A DNA stretch of 64,000 nt from contig OX597814.1 in the NCBI GenBank assembly GCA_951406725.2, positions 92,628,001-92,692,000 of the forward strand. Direction: 5' to 3'. Position 1 is the first letter of the stretch. Each line of letters starts with the position of its first letter. Below, in pieces: positions 25,489 through 38,525 of this stretch. The notes beneath the pieces are model-generated. The model did no database searches and was not told where the DNA came from. It saw nothing but the letters and a program-made list of their open reading frames with translations. This DNA comes from Octopus vulgaris (Eukaryota). Both the position numbers and the translations under genes were made by a program.

Positions 25489-26114
25489 AGATGATCTACT
25501 GCTAGTTCCTTCGCTCCTGGAGTTGAGTTGAAAGGGATGATATGAAAGAATATCGATGATAAGATGCAGTGAGCGTAGTGAAATACAGTGTTATGCTCTT
25601 GTATTGATATATCACGTTTTAGTTTCCCGGTTGAAATTATATGCCGTTAATGTTCTTTGAAAAAACTTTTTGTGAATCAAATCTTAGCAAGTTTCATAGG
25701 GATGAGGTAAGGAATCGAAATAAGTGATGCAGTTCTTTAAGTTCCATGTTTTCCTTGATAGGACATGCAGGTCTGATCAACTGCATTCCAGTCGAGATCA
25801 TCCTGTTTTTCTCAGGCAGAGTGCACTCGGAACGAATGCAGACGGTAGGATATGGTTTGAGGAGAATGTAACCGACATTTCTAGCACGTCGAGTGACAGG
25901 GGAGTAAAGGCTACCTCACCAGTTTGCCAGGACATGGCTTTCAGCAATGCTGTAGTTGAAGTCATTTTCCTTCGTTTGACGATGAACAACTGAAATTCTT
26001 TTGATACCTTTAAACACCACTTGTTTTCTTATTTTCTCTTTTGTTACATATTAAAATACACTAGACACAAATATCAAGATATACATATAAAATACCATAT
26101 ACATATACAATACC

Positions 26115-26345
26115 TATTTCTTTATTATCCACCAGGGGCTAAACATAGAGGGGACAAACACGGACAGACAAACGGATTTAGTCGATTACATCGACCCCAG
26201 TGCGTAACTGGTACTTAATTTATCGACCTCGAAAGGATGAAAGGCAAAGTCGACCTCGGCGGAATTTGAACTCACAACGTAACGGCAGACGAAATACCGC
26301 TAAGCATTTCGCCCGGCGCGCTAACGTTTCTGCCAGCTCGCCGCC
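26115..26345 (-). mobile_element. Full-length young OK-type SINE
   Basis: GGCGGCGAGCTGGCAGAAACGTTAGC head, B box GAGTTCAAATTCC, GCCTTTCATCCTTTCG core. TSD TATACAATACC. Confidence 0.9.
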
Positions 26346-26970
26346 TATACAATACCAGCGGCACTAAATGCAAGTGTAACATGGAAAAAATATTAAGAAA
26401 ATCATCAAAACGTTGGCTGCTTTTCACCCGAGATTTTTGTGTCATCAGTATATCGGAAACGAAGGAACTTTACGAAGAGTACCGCCGCGAAGACTCCAAG
26501 ACATAAATAATGACAGAATAAACAATGCAACTGACTGGCTACAACCAGTTAAATCATCATTATGCAAATATTAGTAATGTGATTGATAAGAGGAAGGAGA
26601 AAACGAGGAAGACCAAGGGCTACATGTTTATTAAGATACTCTGATTGCAGGAGCTGAAAGCTGTCAACAGGAGAACGTAAAAAACGAATACGCAACTGAC
26701 CTTTAAATTTATAGGTACAAACCATTCGACGGATTTCCACTCTGTTTCTGACTAGTCATTTTCACTCACAAGGTGTGCTTCCTATTGACTCTACAGAAAA
26801 TTGCACTTGCCATGCAGCGTAATCGAAACCAAGACCGCATGATTGCTACAGCGAACGTCTTACCCACTCATCCATGAGAACTGCCATTCGATGGGTAAAA
26901 ATGCTCAGGATCAATTGACTGACTGATCAAAATAAGGTCAAAAATAAAAGTAGTATTTTATGTAGATGTA

Positions 26971-27210
26971 GTGAAGGCTTAGTGGTTAGGGCGTTGGACT
27001 CATGATTGTAAGACTGTGGTTTCGATTCCTGGACAGGGTGATGCATTATATTCTTGAACTTCCTTCCATGTTGCTCCAGTCTACTAAGCTGACAAAAACG
27101 AGTATTCCTGCGACGGACCAGCCTTCCGTCTACTGGGGAATATATATGCCTCAGAAACCAGAAAACCGACCTTATCAGTCTATATGACTAGTGAAGGAAC
27201 TTTATCTTTT
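26971..27210 (+). mobile_element. tRNA-derived SINE related to the 2608 and 38526 copies
   Basis: A box ..GGCTTAGTGG, B box GTTTCGATTCC, CCTGCGACGGAC motif. Confidence 0.65.
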
Positions 27211-27409
27211 TTGCACAGGCGTGGTCAGGTGATAAAAAGTTTGCTACCTAAACACATCGTTCTGGGTTCAGTCCCACTGCGTGGCACCTTGGGTAGGTAT
27301 CTTCTACTACACCTCGGGCCGACCACAGCATTGTGAGTAGTTGTGGTTAACGGAAACTGGAAGGTCATCATATATATATATGTGTGTGTGTGTGTGTATG
27401 TATATATAT

Positions 27410-27976
27410 TCAGATGAATTAGGTACTTAAGTTAAGGCACCAGAATTTAGTACGGTATTATCCATACGATTTCAAAATAAGGTGATTAAAATCAAAATAA
27501 GCAACAGGATATCCAGAGGTAATGCAGTGCGATCGTTTCAAGCAACTCCATTTAATTGAACAATGCAATCATTACATCAGTTTAAATGCAGATCAATCCT
27601 CAGCTGCATAAATACATAGAATTGAATTTAAACAGATGGACACATTAGTATAATTTTACCCAAAACCTCCAAGAAGGTAAGGAGATAGAAAGAACATGCT
27701 GTCTTTGAAGGTAAGGAGATAGACAAAGAACATGCTTCAACTTCTGAGCTGAAGTGAAGACAGCATGTTCTTTTTCTACCTCCTTACCTTCTTGGAGGTT
27801 TTAGGTAAAATTATACTAATGTGTCCATCTGTTTTAATTTAATTTCAGTCTATGTATTTATGCAGCTGAAGATTGCTCTGCATTTGAATTGATGTAATGG
27901 TTGCATTGTTCAATTAAATGAAGTTGCTTGAAACGATCGTACTGTATTACCTCTGGATATCCTGTTGCTTATTTTG

Positions 27977-27979
<3 letters not shown>
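27410..27979. mobile_element. Asymmetric fold-back element in (TA)n with a hammerhead core in each arm
   Basis: Arms ~27490-27705 and ~27757-27979 (about 216 bp). Extension 27410-27489. Confidence 0.8.
27860..27947 (+). ncRNA. Putative type I hammerhead ribozyme with 57-nt stem II
   Basis: ATGCAG-CTGAAGA-[..CATTTGAATTGA..TCAATTAAATG..]-GAAA-CGATCG-TA-CTGTAT. 6-bp stem I and palindromic stem III. The base of stem II pairs poorly. Confidence 0.55.
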
Positions 27980-28029
<50 letters not shown>

Positions 28030-28077
28030 GCACACACACACACGCAATCATTATTTGTGACAGAAGTAGTTTAGTTC

Positions 28078-28462
28078 AAAACAGCTATCTGTGTATCATG
28101 CTTAAAGCAGAAACATCTATAGCGGTATTCGTCTCAAAGAAACATCTCTTATAGATGTATGGTATGAAAGAAGTACATAAATATATCAGAAGTAGACGAT
28201 AATCATGCGTCTTTCTGCCTCTTTTCGCTTCGTCAGTAACAAATATCCATTGGCATTTCCATGCTAAGACAAAATCAGCCACCACTGACACAATAAAACA
28301 GTAAACCATCTCTGCTGGTTGATTTTCCTCTACTATTGATAATATTTCTGTGTTTTTTGATACTATACCTCTATAAGAAGTGCTTTCTCGAAACGAATAC
28401 CGCAGTTTAGACGGCTTTCATTGATGTATCTGCTTTAAGTATGGTACACAGATTGCCATTTT
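28078..28462. repeat. Older symmetric inverted-repeat element (MITE-like)
   Basis: ATCTGTGTATCATGCTTAAAGCAGA..GCGGTATTCGT pairs with ACGAATACCGC..TCTGCTTTAAGTATGGTACACAGAT. Arms ~125-140 bp. Confidence 0.7.
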
Positions 28463-28919
28463 GCGTAAAGGATACACGTGTTTGTGTAATACTCAACGAC
28501 TTGCACGTTAAATGAATAAACTGGTTCAGTTGACCGAACAGCTCAATACTAGTCGTCGAAAACCGACGAAGATCCATTTATTAGTCAACTGAAATTTATC
28601 CAACAAGGTCAAAACTGCCATGCACACACGCGTTATGCTCACCGAAGGCTTACATTCTCCACAAAGCACAAAAATAATAATAACAATAACTGGATATCTT
28701 AAGTGACCTCATAAACTAGTTCCACTTGGTTACATTTCAAACGAAAAAAATTTGCCTCGCACACCCCCGCACACACGTTTATGAGCGAATATATGTAGGT
28801 GTGTATTTATGGACGAGTATTAATATTTTTGTGTAGACATTTTTTCTTTTATACATTACCCTGGCATTCACGAATGCATCGAGATCGACACAAATGCATA
28901 CACACAATCAGAGTCATAG

Positions 28920-28987
<68 letters not shown>

Positions 28988-29016
28988 CACACACTAATAT
29001 AATGCATATACACATG

Positions 29017-29047
<31 letters not shown>

Positions 29048-29121
29048 TTGTTTATATATTCATGTGTATGCGCGTATGTTTTATATACGTATTTCTCTTT
29101 CTCCCTTTCTCCCCCTCTCTC

Positions 29122-29152
<31 letters not shown>

Positions 29153-29413
29153 CATATATATATACTGTTATTCTTTTACTTGTTTCAATCATTTGACTGC
29201 GGCCTCAGCTGGAGCACCACCGTAAAGGGTTTAGTCGAAGAAATCGACCCCAGGACTTATTCTTTGTAAGCCTATTACTTATTCTATCGGTCTCTTTTGC
29301 CGGACGTTAACACACCAACATCAGTTGTCAAATGATGGGGGGGGACAAACACAGACACAAACACATAAATACACACACACACACACACACACATATACAT
29401 ATATATATATATA

Positions 29414-29985
29414 TCTGTATATATAAAAGGCAAGATGTGTGTGTGTCTGTGTATGTGTGTGTGTGTGTGTGTGTGTGTACGTGAATGTAGTTTATGCACG
29501 TCTACAAATTAGCAGGCATGTCGCTCCAATTTTAGGAGGACATTCGTCATGATCGTAGCTGTATTTTCGTCAACTTATTTTCCCCAGAGGCACCAGCGAA
29601 TAGCAGTAAAAATAAATTTTGAACCAAAATTTTTAACAATTTTCAAGTCGGAGAAATCACGATTGTTTGCAAACAGGAGTTAAGCGACGAGTAAGTTTTC
29701 GTTAAGACTTTTGTTGTTCTTTTTTTCCATCGAGGTAAAAAGCGTTTTGTTGATATACGGCAACAGACACACACACGAACATGTATGCGTACAAAAACAT
29801 GTATGCAATATGCGTACGTACGTACGTGTGTGTGTGTGTGTGTTGCCCATATATATATATAAACCAATTTCAACGGATTTCACCTAAATTTGTCGTCGAT
29901 GTTACTTAGTTTGGTTTGAAATAAAGGCCTTGATTAGCTTAATAATCCTAACTTATTCCCGGGCAAAGCCGGATTATACTGCTAA
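29414..29985 (+). mobile_element. Non-autonomous Helitron
   Basis: 5' TCTGTATATATAAAAGGCAAG(TG)n. 3' hairpin CCGGGC-AAA-GCCGG then TTATACTGCTAA (CTRR). Confidence 0.7.
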
Positions 29986-30440
29986 CACAAAATGGGACAA
30001 GAACGGAAAACATCCGGACAACTAGGTGATACAAAAAGGGACAACAAAACATCCAAATAGATGATACATAGAAAACAAGGACGGGTCATACGAAGTTTTC
30101 TATCTTTGGTCAAGCACCAGATTATCCTCGCAATTTCGGCTGATTATTCTTGAGATAGCTCCAATATGGCCAGCCTCAAGGAAAAACTAAGCCAAGCATT
30201 AGATTCCTTGGAAGAAAGCAGCGAATGTATACAAAAACAAGGACGGAAAAACGGACAATGTTACACAAATATAAATACAATAAAAATAATAACAGGACAT
30301 AACAACAGGTGTCTTTCGACTAAGGACGAATTGAAATTAAGCTGGCGCGTGTGGAAATGAAGCTTTGCGGCAGAGATACAAAACTTTCACAAACACAGGG
30401 AAGAATATCGATACGGCACGGACCACAGTCAGACCAAGAA
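29986..30440 (-). mobile_element. Probable PLE pseudo-LTR-type repeat (related shorter copy at ~36120-36240)
   Basis: Shared TGGGACAAGAACG...GATGATACA...ATCCTCGCAATTTCGGCT in both copies, each beside TA/TG repeats. PLE assignment is inferred. Confidence 0.45.
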
Positions 30441-30629
30441 AGGGGTTTCTTTCAATTTCGGTTTACCAAATCCACTCGCAATGCTTTGGTAGACCCGAGG
30501 CTACAGTAGAAGACACTTGCCCAAGGTTCCACACAGTGGGACTGAACTTGGAACTATGTGGTTGGGAAGCAAGCTTCTTACCAAGCAGCCACGCCTACAC
30601 CTATATGTGTGTGTGTGTGTGTATACATA

Positions 30630-30725
30630 CAGGTCGTCGTAGACTTATGACCTATCCTACTTACGACCTATCCGACTTACGACCTATCCGATTTGCGACC
30701 GACCGACTTTATGACGACTGGCACG
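30630..30725. mobile_element. Tigger/pogo-like terminus with 16-bp subterminal repeats
   Basis: TA-CAGGTCGTCGTAGACTTATGACC followed by (GACTTACGACCTATCC) x3-4. The other end was not found. Confidence 0.5.
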
Positions 30726-32160
30726 CCAGCTTCCGACATCAATAATAAATAGTCCAGCTGAAATCTAATGGGTTTAATTTCTTACATGGTTGAAATAAAT
30801 AAATAGTAATTATTTTAAGCGAGCAGACGATAAATAATTGCACTTATGCTCATATTTAAGCGATGGTCGCTATAAAAAAATTAGTTCAATAAAAAAATAC
30901 TTTCATTGTCAACGTACCACCACCACCGCTCTCTCTCTCTCTCTCTTTCTCTCTTTCAATATAACTGCATCCCCTATCCATCTCTCCCTGTCTTTAGCTA
31001 ACTTTTTAACCACGTAATAAATATTCCTTCCCCCCCCTCCGCTGCACGTCGTCAACACGTCTCTCTCCCTCTTGTTCTCTCGTTCTTCTCCTCTACCTTC
31101 AGCTGCCCACGTAACTATTTGGCCTAAGTGTATTAATATCAATCACCTTTCTCTTCTTTTTTCCTCTTCTTTCTTCACCCCTCTCCCTCTCTCTCTCTAT
31201 CTCACACACACACACACACACACATACATACATACACTTTTACTTTACCTCTCACTCATTCCACCTCTCGAACTGTATAACGGAAGAACGAACAAGCAGA
31301 TTATTATATAGATTCTTGAGAATGAACGTGCATATTTAAGGCAACGTTAAGAGGTCAGAAAGACTCTCACATACACAGCTAAAGCTGCGCTATATATTGT
31401 AACTGTGGTGATGTTATACAATCTAAATTTGCGCAGTTCACGACAGGCAGCTAGTTTACATATGACACACACTTCAGGTTGAGTGGTTAAATGTTTTGTT
31501 TTTGTTTTTTTTCAGTATACCTTCAGTCATATATGCTCGACATAAATTCCCATAATCAGCAATTTAGCCCTCTTAAGTTAAGTGCCTTCCTGGAGGCGAA
31601 CATTACCTACTTAGTAGTTTGTAACGCCGTGAGCATTATGGTCAACTTAACTTTTAATATGTAAGACGCCCATTATCTCTTCCTAGAAAATGAGGAAATT
31701 AGGCGGAATATGTATTTTAATGAGTTTTTCTTTTTTTTTTTAATGGTCTTCCCTCAAAAGAAACTGCATATTTAGATTTGGTGTCTTCTGGATAAGATGA
31801 GTCTGAAATTGGTTGTATTAATTTTTCCGGCCTAAATTCGGAATGCTTAAATATTTTGTAAATAATTTTATTCAGCAACAGAACAAGCAGAAAAAAACAT
31901 AATATTCCACAAATTTATTTATACAAATACCTAATGCATACGTGCGCGCACGCGCACACACATATTTATATATATATACCAGTGTCCGTCTACCAAATCC
32001 ACTCACAAGGCTTTGGTCGATCCGAAGCTATAATAAAAGACACTTTCCCAATGTGTCACGCGGTGGAACTGAAACCGGAACATGTGGTTGGGAGCTAGCT
32101 TCTTACCAAACGCCCACGCCTGATATAATAGTACATCATCCAGAGAAGTCTTAGATATAA

Positions 32161-32520
32161 TCTTTTGTACACTAGGCACAGTCGATTAGATCGACCTCAG
32201 TACGCAACTGGTACTTAATTTATCGATCCCGAAAGGATGAAAAGCAAAGTCGACCTCGGCGAAATTTGAACTCAGAACATAAAGACAGATGAAATGCCTA
32301 TTTCTTTACTACCCACAGGTGGGGGGGGGGGGGCAAACAAGGACAGACAAACGGATTAAGTCGATTATATCGACTCCAGTGCGGAACTGGTACTTATTTA
32401 ATCGACCCCGAAAGGATGAAAGGTACAGTCGACCTCGGCGGAATTTGAACTCAGAACGTAACGGCAGACGAAATACGGCTACGCATTTCGCCCGGCGCGC
32501 TAATGTTTCTGCCAGCTCAC
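32161..32520 (-). mobile_element. OK-type SINE dimer
   Basis: Full unit joined via AAAGAAATAGG|CATTTCATC to a head-truncated second unit. Imperfect TSD CTTAGATAT / CTCAGATAT. Confidence 0.8.
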
Positions 32521-33434
32521 CTCAGATATGAAAACTTAATTAACCCTAGCAGCTTAAACGACTAAGTAGAGAGATCTCTTGCTGGCTTGTAACAATGTTA
32601 AGGTCATTACAAGTGTTGATAATATATGCATGTGTTTTTAGAAATTATGGTATACATATTTATGGACTTAACCTACATACGCTATAGGAACATCCCAAAG
32701 AACTTTAGAGTATTTTTAGAGACACACCATTGAAAATAAGTTAAACTAACACGAGAACGAAAACTTAGGGTGATGTTTTTCTTTTTCTTTTATTCCTTTA
32801 TTTCATGCCGGAAGGACGGGGGTTTAAATAACAGATTACCTAATTCAGACTAATTAAAGTAGATAAAAAGTAATTCAGAATTTGTTTTCCGTTAACTTTG
32901 TGTAAACAGCTGATAAATGTGTGTACATAATTTCATCTCGATGTGTGCGTAAATGTGTCCATGAACACAGTCACACACCCACACACACAGATAAAGAGAT
33001 GGTGACAGAGAAATCACTGTTTTATAGTCACAGCCACCTCAGGTGACAATATAATGTTAACGGAATTTGTAACTAAAAGCACAGTTTGAAAACTATAATC
33101 AAGACACACACACACACACACACACGCATACATAAGCACATACATACATACATACATACATACATACATACATACACACACACATACATACATACATACA
33201 CACATACACACATACATACATACATACATACATACATACATACATACATACAAACATACATACATACATACATACATACATACATACATACATACATACA
33301 TACATACATACATACATACATACATACATAATTGGAGCATTTGGTTTTGTAAGTAAATGCCTGCCAGTTTGGATAAGCTTGGATTTTCAGAAAAAGAAAT
33401 CAACCAATTAATTCGCACATTATAAATACAATCT

Positions 33435-33843
33435 TATCTCTTTATTGCCCACAAGGGGCTAAACATAGAGGAGACAAACAAAGACAGGCAAACGGATTAC
33501 ATCGACCCCAGTGCGTAACTGGTACTTATTTAATCGACCCCGAAAGGATCAAAGGCAAAGTCGACCTCGGCGGAATTTGAACTCAGAACGTAACGGCAGA
33601 CGAAATACCTATTTCTTTACTACCCACAAGGGGCTAAACACAGAGGGGACAAACAAGGACAGACAAACGGATTAAGTCGATTATATTGACCCAGTGCGTA
33701 ACTGGTACTTAATTTATCGACCCCGAAAGGATGAAAGGCAAAGTCGACCTCGGCGGAATTTGAACTCAGAACGTAACGGCAGACGAAATACGGCTATGCA
33801 TTTCGCCCGGTGTGCTAACGTTTCTGCCAGCTCGCCGCTTTCT
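33435..33843 (-). mobile_element. OK-type SINE dimer with a single 15-bp TSD
   Basis: TTATAAATACAATCT at 33420-33434 and 33844-33858. Internal junction AAAGAAATAGG|TATTTCGTC. Confidence 0.9.
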
Positions 33844-35392
33844 TATAAATACAATCTGTAAGCGGAAACGTAAAGCTATGAAAGACTTTTCTCAGGTTTC
33901 AAAAAATTGATATTGTTTTCGTTATCTATATTCCAGCGATGAAGTTTTGTAGCTTTGTTAGAAACCAGCTCTTTCTTCAGAGAAAGAATTTAAATGATTA
34001 AAAACAGAAGAGACATACATACATACATACATACATACATACATACATACATACATACATACATACATACATACATACATACATACATACATACATACAT
34101 ACATGTGTATATGTGTGTGTATATATACACGCTCGCGCACACACGCACAATTGTTTGAATAACGACGGTGTGAAATTCAGGATTAAAACGAAAAAAATGA
34201 CTGTTTTTAATAAGATCTACATATATGAGGGTGTGCCACTGCCCAGATGAAGGAACATAGGAAAAGAGAAGAGATCCCCATGTGGAGTAACTGTTGTTTG
34301 ATTAGACCAATCTACTTCTAATATAGGCACAAGGTCTGATATTTTAGGTGAAGGGGTTAGTTGGTACCACCAATCCCTGTATTTAAGTGGGACTTTATTT
34401 TATCGACCCCGAGAGGATGTTAGGCAAAGTTGACCTCAGTGAGGTTTGAACTCAAAAGGTAAAATATCCGGGAGAAATGCTGCTAAGCATTTTGTACGAC
34501 GCTTTAGCAATTCCGCCAGCACCCCCACCTTGATAAGTCTAATATGGTGGTTTTAAATTTTGGCACAGCAATTTCGGGTGAGGGGTAATTCGATTACATC
34601 GATCCCAGTGCTCAACTGGTATTTATTTTATCGACTCCGAAAGGATGAATGGCAAAATCGACCTAGGCAGAATTTGAACTGAGAGCGTAAGCATTTTGCC
34701 CGGCGTGCTAACGATTCTGCCAAGCTTGCTGCCTTAATCTGCCAAATATGGCAGTTAAAATGCAGAATAGTGAATAGAATTAGTTAGATACTGCAATGTA
34801 TGTGTATATTTGTATGTTTGAGTGGGTGCGTGCAATGTGGAGCAGAAGGCATGTACCTGGTAAGGGATCACTTACAGAACCATCTATATGAAGACTGGTG
34901 GTTTGAAGGGTTTAGAAAACGTTAGACATGATTCATGAGGGAGGGACATAACTGTGAATTTAGAGGATGCACATTGCACAAAGGCATGTGCTTTTACTGC
35001 AACTATATGTACGTATGCACATTAATCTGTTTTCTTTTTCTTTTTACCTATCCTCATAATAACCTTGTCTCTCTGCTATCGGGAGTTTATAATCAGCACT
35101 GATTGTGTTGTTCTTTTTATCGTCAACAAAACTTCTGATAAACCTGCGCTACACTCCTTTAGACTAAAGTAGGTAGCCTCTGAGTGTCTTTAGAGAGCAG
35201 TAAGTACATCTCCTGTATTGAGGGTGATAAGGTTTTGTTTGCGCTTTTTTTTGTATTCTTTTTTTTTTTTTTAGTATTATCTCTCTTTTGTTCATCGACC
35301 GATTATTTTTATTTTTTCTTACAACAAATACACCTGGCATGAATATTATTAGTTTCAGTTACTAGAACAATAATCACTTAACATTAAACATA

Positions 35393-36070
35393 CAGGATGT
35401 TCGGGTTAAATTTCACAGTTTGCATAAAAGGGAAAAGAAAACAATATCACATCCAAAAATTTTAATGCTTTTAAACAAATAAAAAACATATCAACTAGAT
35501 TATATTCACGATAGCCCCTCCTAGCGTCTACCACGGCCTCGAGATGGCTCCGAAAGTTGGCGCATGCGTTCCTCACTGTATCCCTGGGAAGATCTCCGAA
35601 CACCTGTTTAATCTTGGCCACCAGCTTTGCTTTGGTGTCTTTCTCAGATGCGCCTCACACACAATAATCTATGGGATTACAATCGGGGAAATTAGGAGGC
35701 CAAAAATTCTCCGACAAGCACTTCTGACTCTTTCCGGAGCTATGACTTAGAGGAGAATGCTACTTCTACCTGCAACTTTTCCATCAGCTTATATAGCTGT
35801 CTGAATTGAATTTAAGATCCCGCTCCAAGGTGTGAGGATGAACTCCGGCGTACAGATGCAGTTAGAACGCCTGCTGTATCCTTTCCTGCAGACTTCGGCT
35901 TTGTAGTTTCCCTTGCAGTTATCTATGTCGCGTCGTACGGCTTTTCAAATATTCACAGTATCGAGCAGCAGTCATGATGTCAGCATTTTGATACCCGGTG
36001 CGAATCATCATAATACAAGTAACTCTTTTCCAATATCCACGTGGTTTCCAGTCCTCCATGTTCGCTGACG
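35393..36070 (-). mobile_element. Decayed Tc1/mariner-superfamily transposon
   Basis: WPPNFPDCNPIDY and VRNACANFRSHLEAVVDA motifs. Terminus TA-CAGGATGTTCGG at 35393. Confidence 0.75.
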
Positions 36071-36125
<55 letters not shown>

Positions 36126-36661
36126 ATACAAACTGGGACAAGAACGCAAAACATTTAGAAGATGATACAAAAAACACGGACGGGACATTCGAAGCCTTCA
36201 ATCTTCAGTCAAGAACCGGATCATCCTCGCAATTTCGGCTATATATATATATGTGTGTGTGTGTACATTGGGCTTGGGCAACCTTTAACGAGAAGAAGGC
36301 CGCATGAGATATGGTTCATTCATCAGACAGACCACTGTGAGGATGAGCCGGAAGAAGAGGATCAATGGTCAAGGGACCGACCAGAAGAGGAAATGCGAGT
36401 GGGGAAGTGGGGGGGTGAGAGACGAGGGTCGGCCTCCTCTTGCCCGCCAGAGACATCGTGAATGGACGTCAAGGAATTCGCTCACGGGTTGGTCACATAG
36501 CAGCTGCTTATACTGGGTGACAGGGCTAGAGCAGGATCACCGGAGAGATTACTACTAGACAGGCGAAGACGAGAGAGGAAAGTAGGTGTACCTCTTTTCA
36601 TTTCTCACGCATAACAAGCTATTTCGGCAATCATATACAGACGTCGTTGTCCCCTTAATAT

Positions 36662-37050
36662 ATGATGGCAGCGAAGATAAAGATCGGCAGTGATGTCATC
36701 AAACCTTTCTATGGTGAAGGAAAGGTAGTAGCCTGGATTCGAAAAGTCAAAATTGTGGCCAGGCTACAAGGCATCGAAGATGTAGCAAGCCTCAGGCGCT
36801 GTTTTCGGAGGGGAGTGCGCGGGCACTGTACCTCGAAATGGATGATGAAGAACAACTGAGCGCGGCAAAGATCGAGCAGCGCTTCAGAAAGGATTACACA
36901 CAGAGAGAGTACACCGCTTTTGCTTAGCTGGGAACGGTTGGATGAACAGGGGAACAGGTTGACGAATATGCTGCGGAGGTGCTGCCTGGTCTCACCGGAG
37001 AGGGACTGGAGAAGGTAGCGCGACTAGCCTTTGTGAATGGCTTTCCCTGG
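36662..37050 (+). pseudogene. Gypsy-type gag N-terminal fragment
   Basis: IKPFYGEGKVVAWIRKVKIVARLQGIEDVASL / LFSEGSARALYLEM...GEQVDEYAAEV...LAFVNGFP with frameshifts and stops. Upstream 36270-36660 is probably its leader. Confidence 0.65.
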
Positions 37051-37067
37051 GTAGAGGTACTTATCTC

Positions 37068-37493
37068 GGATCTTTTCGGTTTGAACGGCAGTTTTTTCTA
37101 GCGGTGTCATATGAAATTGTCACCCATAATTATGACTCTAGTATCGATCTATTGCATTTCAATCTATTTTAGGGTTAGGGTTAGTTAGGGTTAGGGGTGG
37201 GAGGAAAGGTATCTTTTTTTCTTCAAAAATGTAAATAAGCCCAATCTGTTTCTTAAACGAGGGACATATTCATACGGCACAGAATGTTGTTTACCTCAAC
37301 GGACGTCAGTGATTGGTTGAAATTGTAGAAATTGAAGAAAAAAGCAACAAATATCTTACAAACTATAGAATTTTCTCAATAAAGCCAAGAGAAATAGATG
37401 TTTTATAAACACATTCTACCAGTATACGAAGTTTAAAATTTTTTAGTTACCTAGAAATTATGTTAAAAACTGCCGTTCAAACCGAAAAGATCC
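37068..37493. mobile_element. GG..CC MITE (Merlin-like) with internal TTAGGG tract
   Basis: 29-bp TIR GGATCTTTTCGGTTTGAACGGCAGTTTTT. 8-bp TSD CTTATCTC / CTTATTTC. Confidence 0.85.
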
Positions 37494-37803
37494 CTTATTT
37501 CCTCTGTTTGAAAATTTAAGGACACAGAACGCTTGTGCCACGTAGCCAACTGGAAACGATGTTTCCTGGGGCTAAATTAGCATTAGCATTCTTCCCCTTC
37601 CTGTGACTGCCACATTAATTTGGCAACAAACCATCAATTTATCGTGCTGCAACTGTACAAGTCACTCTGAGAGATTTAGAAATGCAATATTTCTAATAAT
37701 TAATTATGTTATTGTTTACATATTTAATGTATGGCTCTGTTAAAAGGCTAACTGGAAATAATTATTCAATGACAGAAAAAACAATAGTATTCAGTAGCAC
37801 AAT

Positions 37804-37965
<162 letters not shown>

Positions 37966-38183
37966 TAATATTAATAATCTCGGTGTTTATATATCAAATG
38001 GGTGGTCAGTAGTGGATAGGAGTTGCAATGACGCATAACGAATAATTTGCTGCAATTATTACAAACTATTGCAACAAATCCTTGAATAAATCAATTTTTC
38101 GAAAGGTCTTCTGTTCTCTCTCTCTCTCTCTGTCTCTTTCTCTCTCCCTCTCCCTCTCTCTCCTCATGTCTCTCTCCTCCTCA

Positions 38184-38222
<39 letters not shown>

Positions 38223-38448
38223 TTGTGTGTGTGTGTATGTACATATGCACATGCATGTTTCTCTTCTCACATATTGGATTGTGACCTGTTTTCAATATCC
38301 AGTTGAAACGGTTCGGCATATCTTGATAAAAGTAATGAACGTCCTACTTCACTCATTTACCAATTCGCCTTTTAAATATATATGATATAGAAGCATATGT
38401 GATATATCACCATCGTTATCATTCATAGGTGTGTGTGTGTACGTGTGC

Positions 38449-38524
<76 letters not shown>

Positions 38525-38525
38525 G

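Larger units (their letters stand above)
29170..30605 (-). mobile_element. OR-type SINE split by insertions in its internal microsatellite
   Basis: 3' half at 29170-29400 and 5' half at ~30445-30605, both on the minus strand. Confidence 0.7.

Noticed and set aside
25340-25490. Repeat-spacer pattern resembling a CRISPR array
   Set aside because: Only 3-4 short degenerate units, eukaryotic context, no cas genes. Explained as LTR-end/PBS motifs.
28200-28240. CTGACGA..GCGAAA on the minus strand in the 28078 element loop
   Set aside because: No stem II, stem III or stem I pairing.
30125-30185. GGCTG..CAGCC-GAAA-TT hammerhead-like motif on the minus strand
   Set aside because: Lacks CTGANGA and a UH site. 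Too divergent to call.
37165-37200. TTAGGG repeats as a telomere or fusion relic
   Set aside because: Short, and internal to a multi-copy MITE bounded by TIRs and TSDs.
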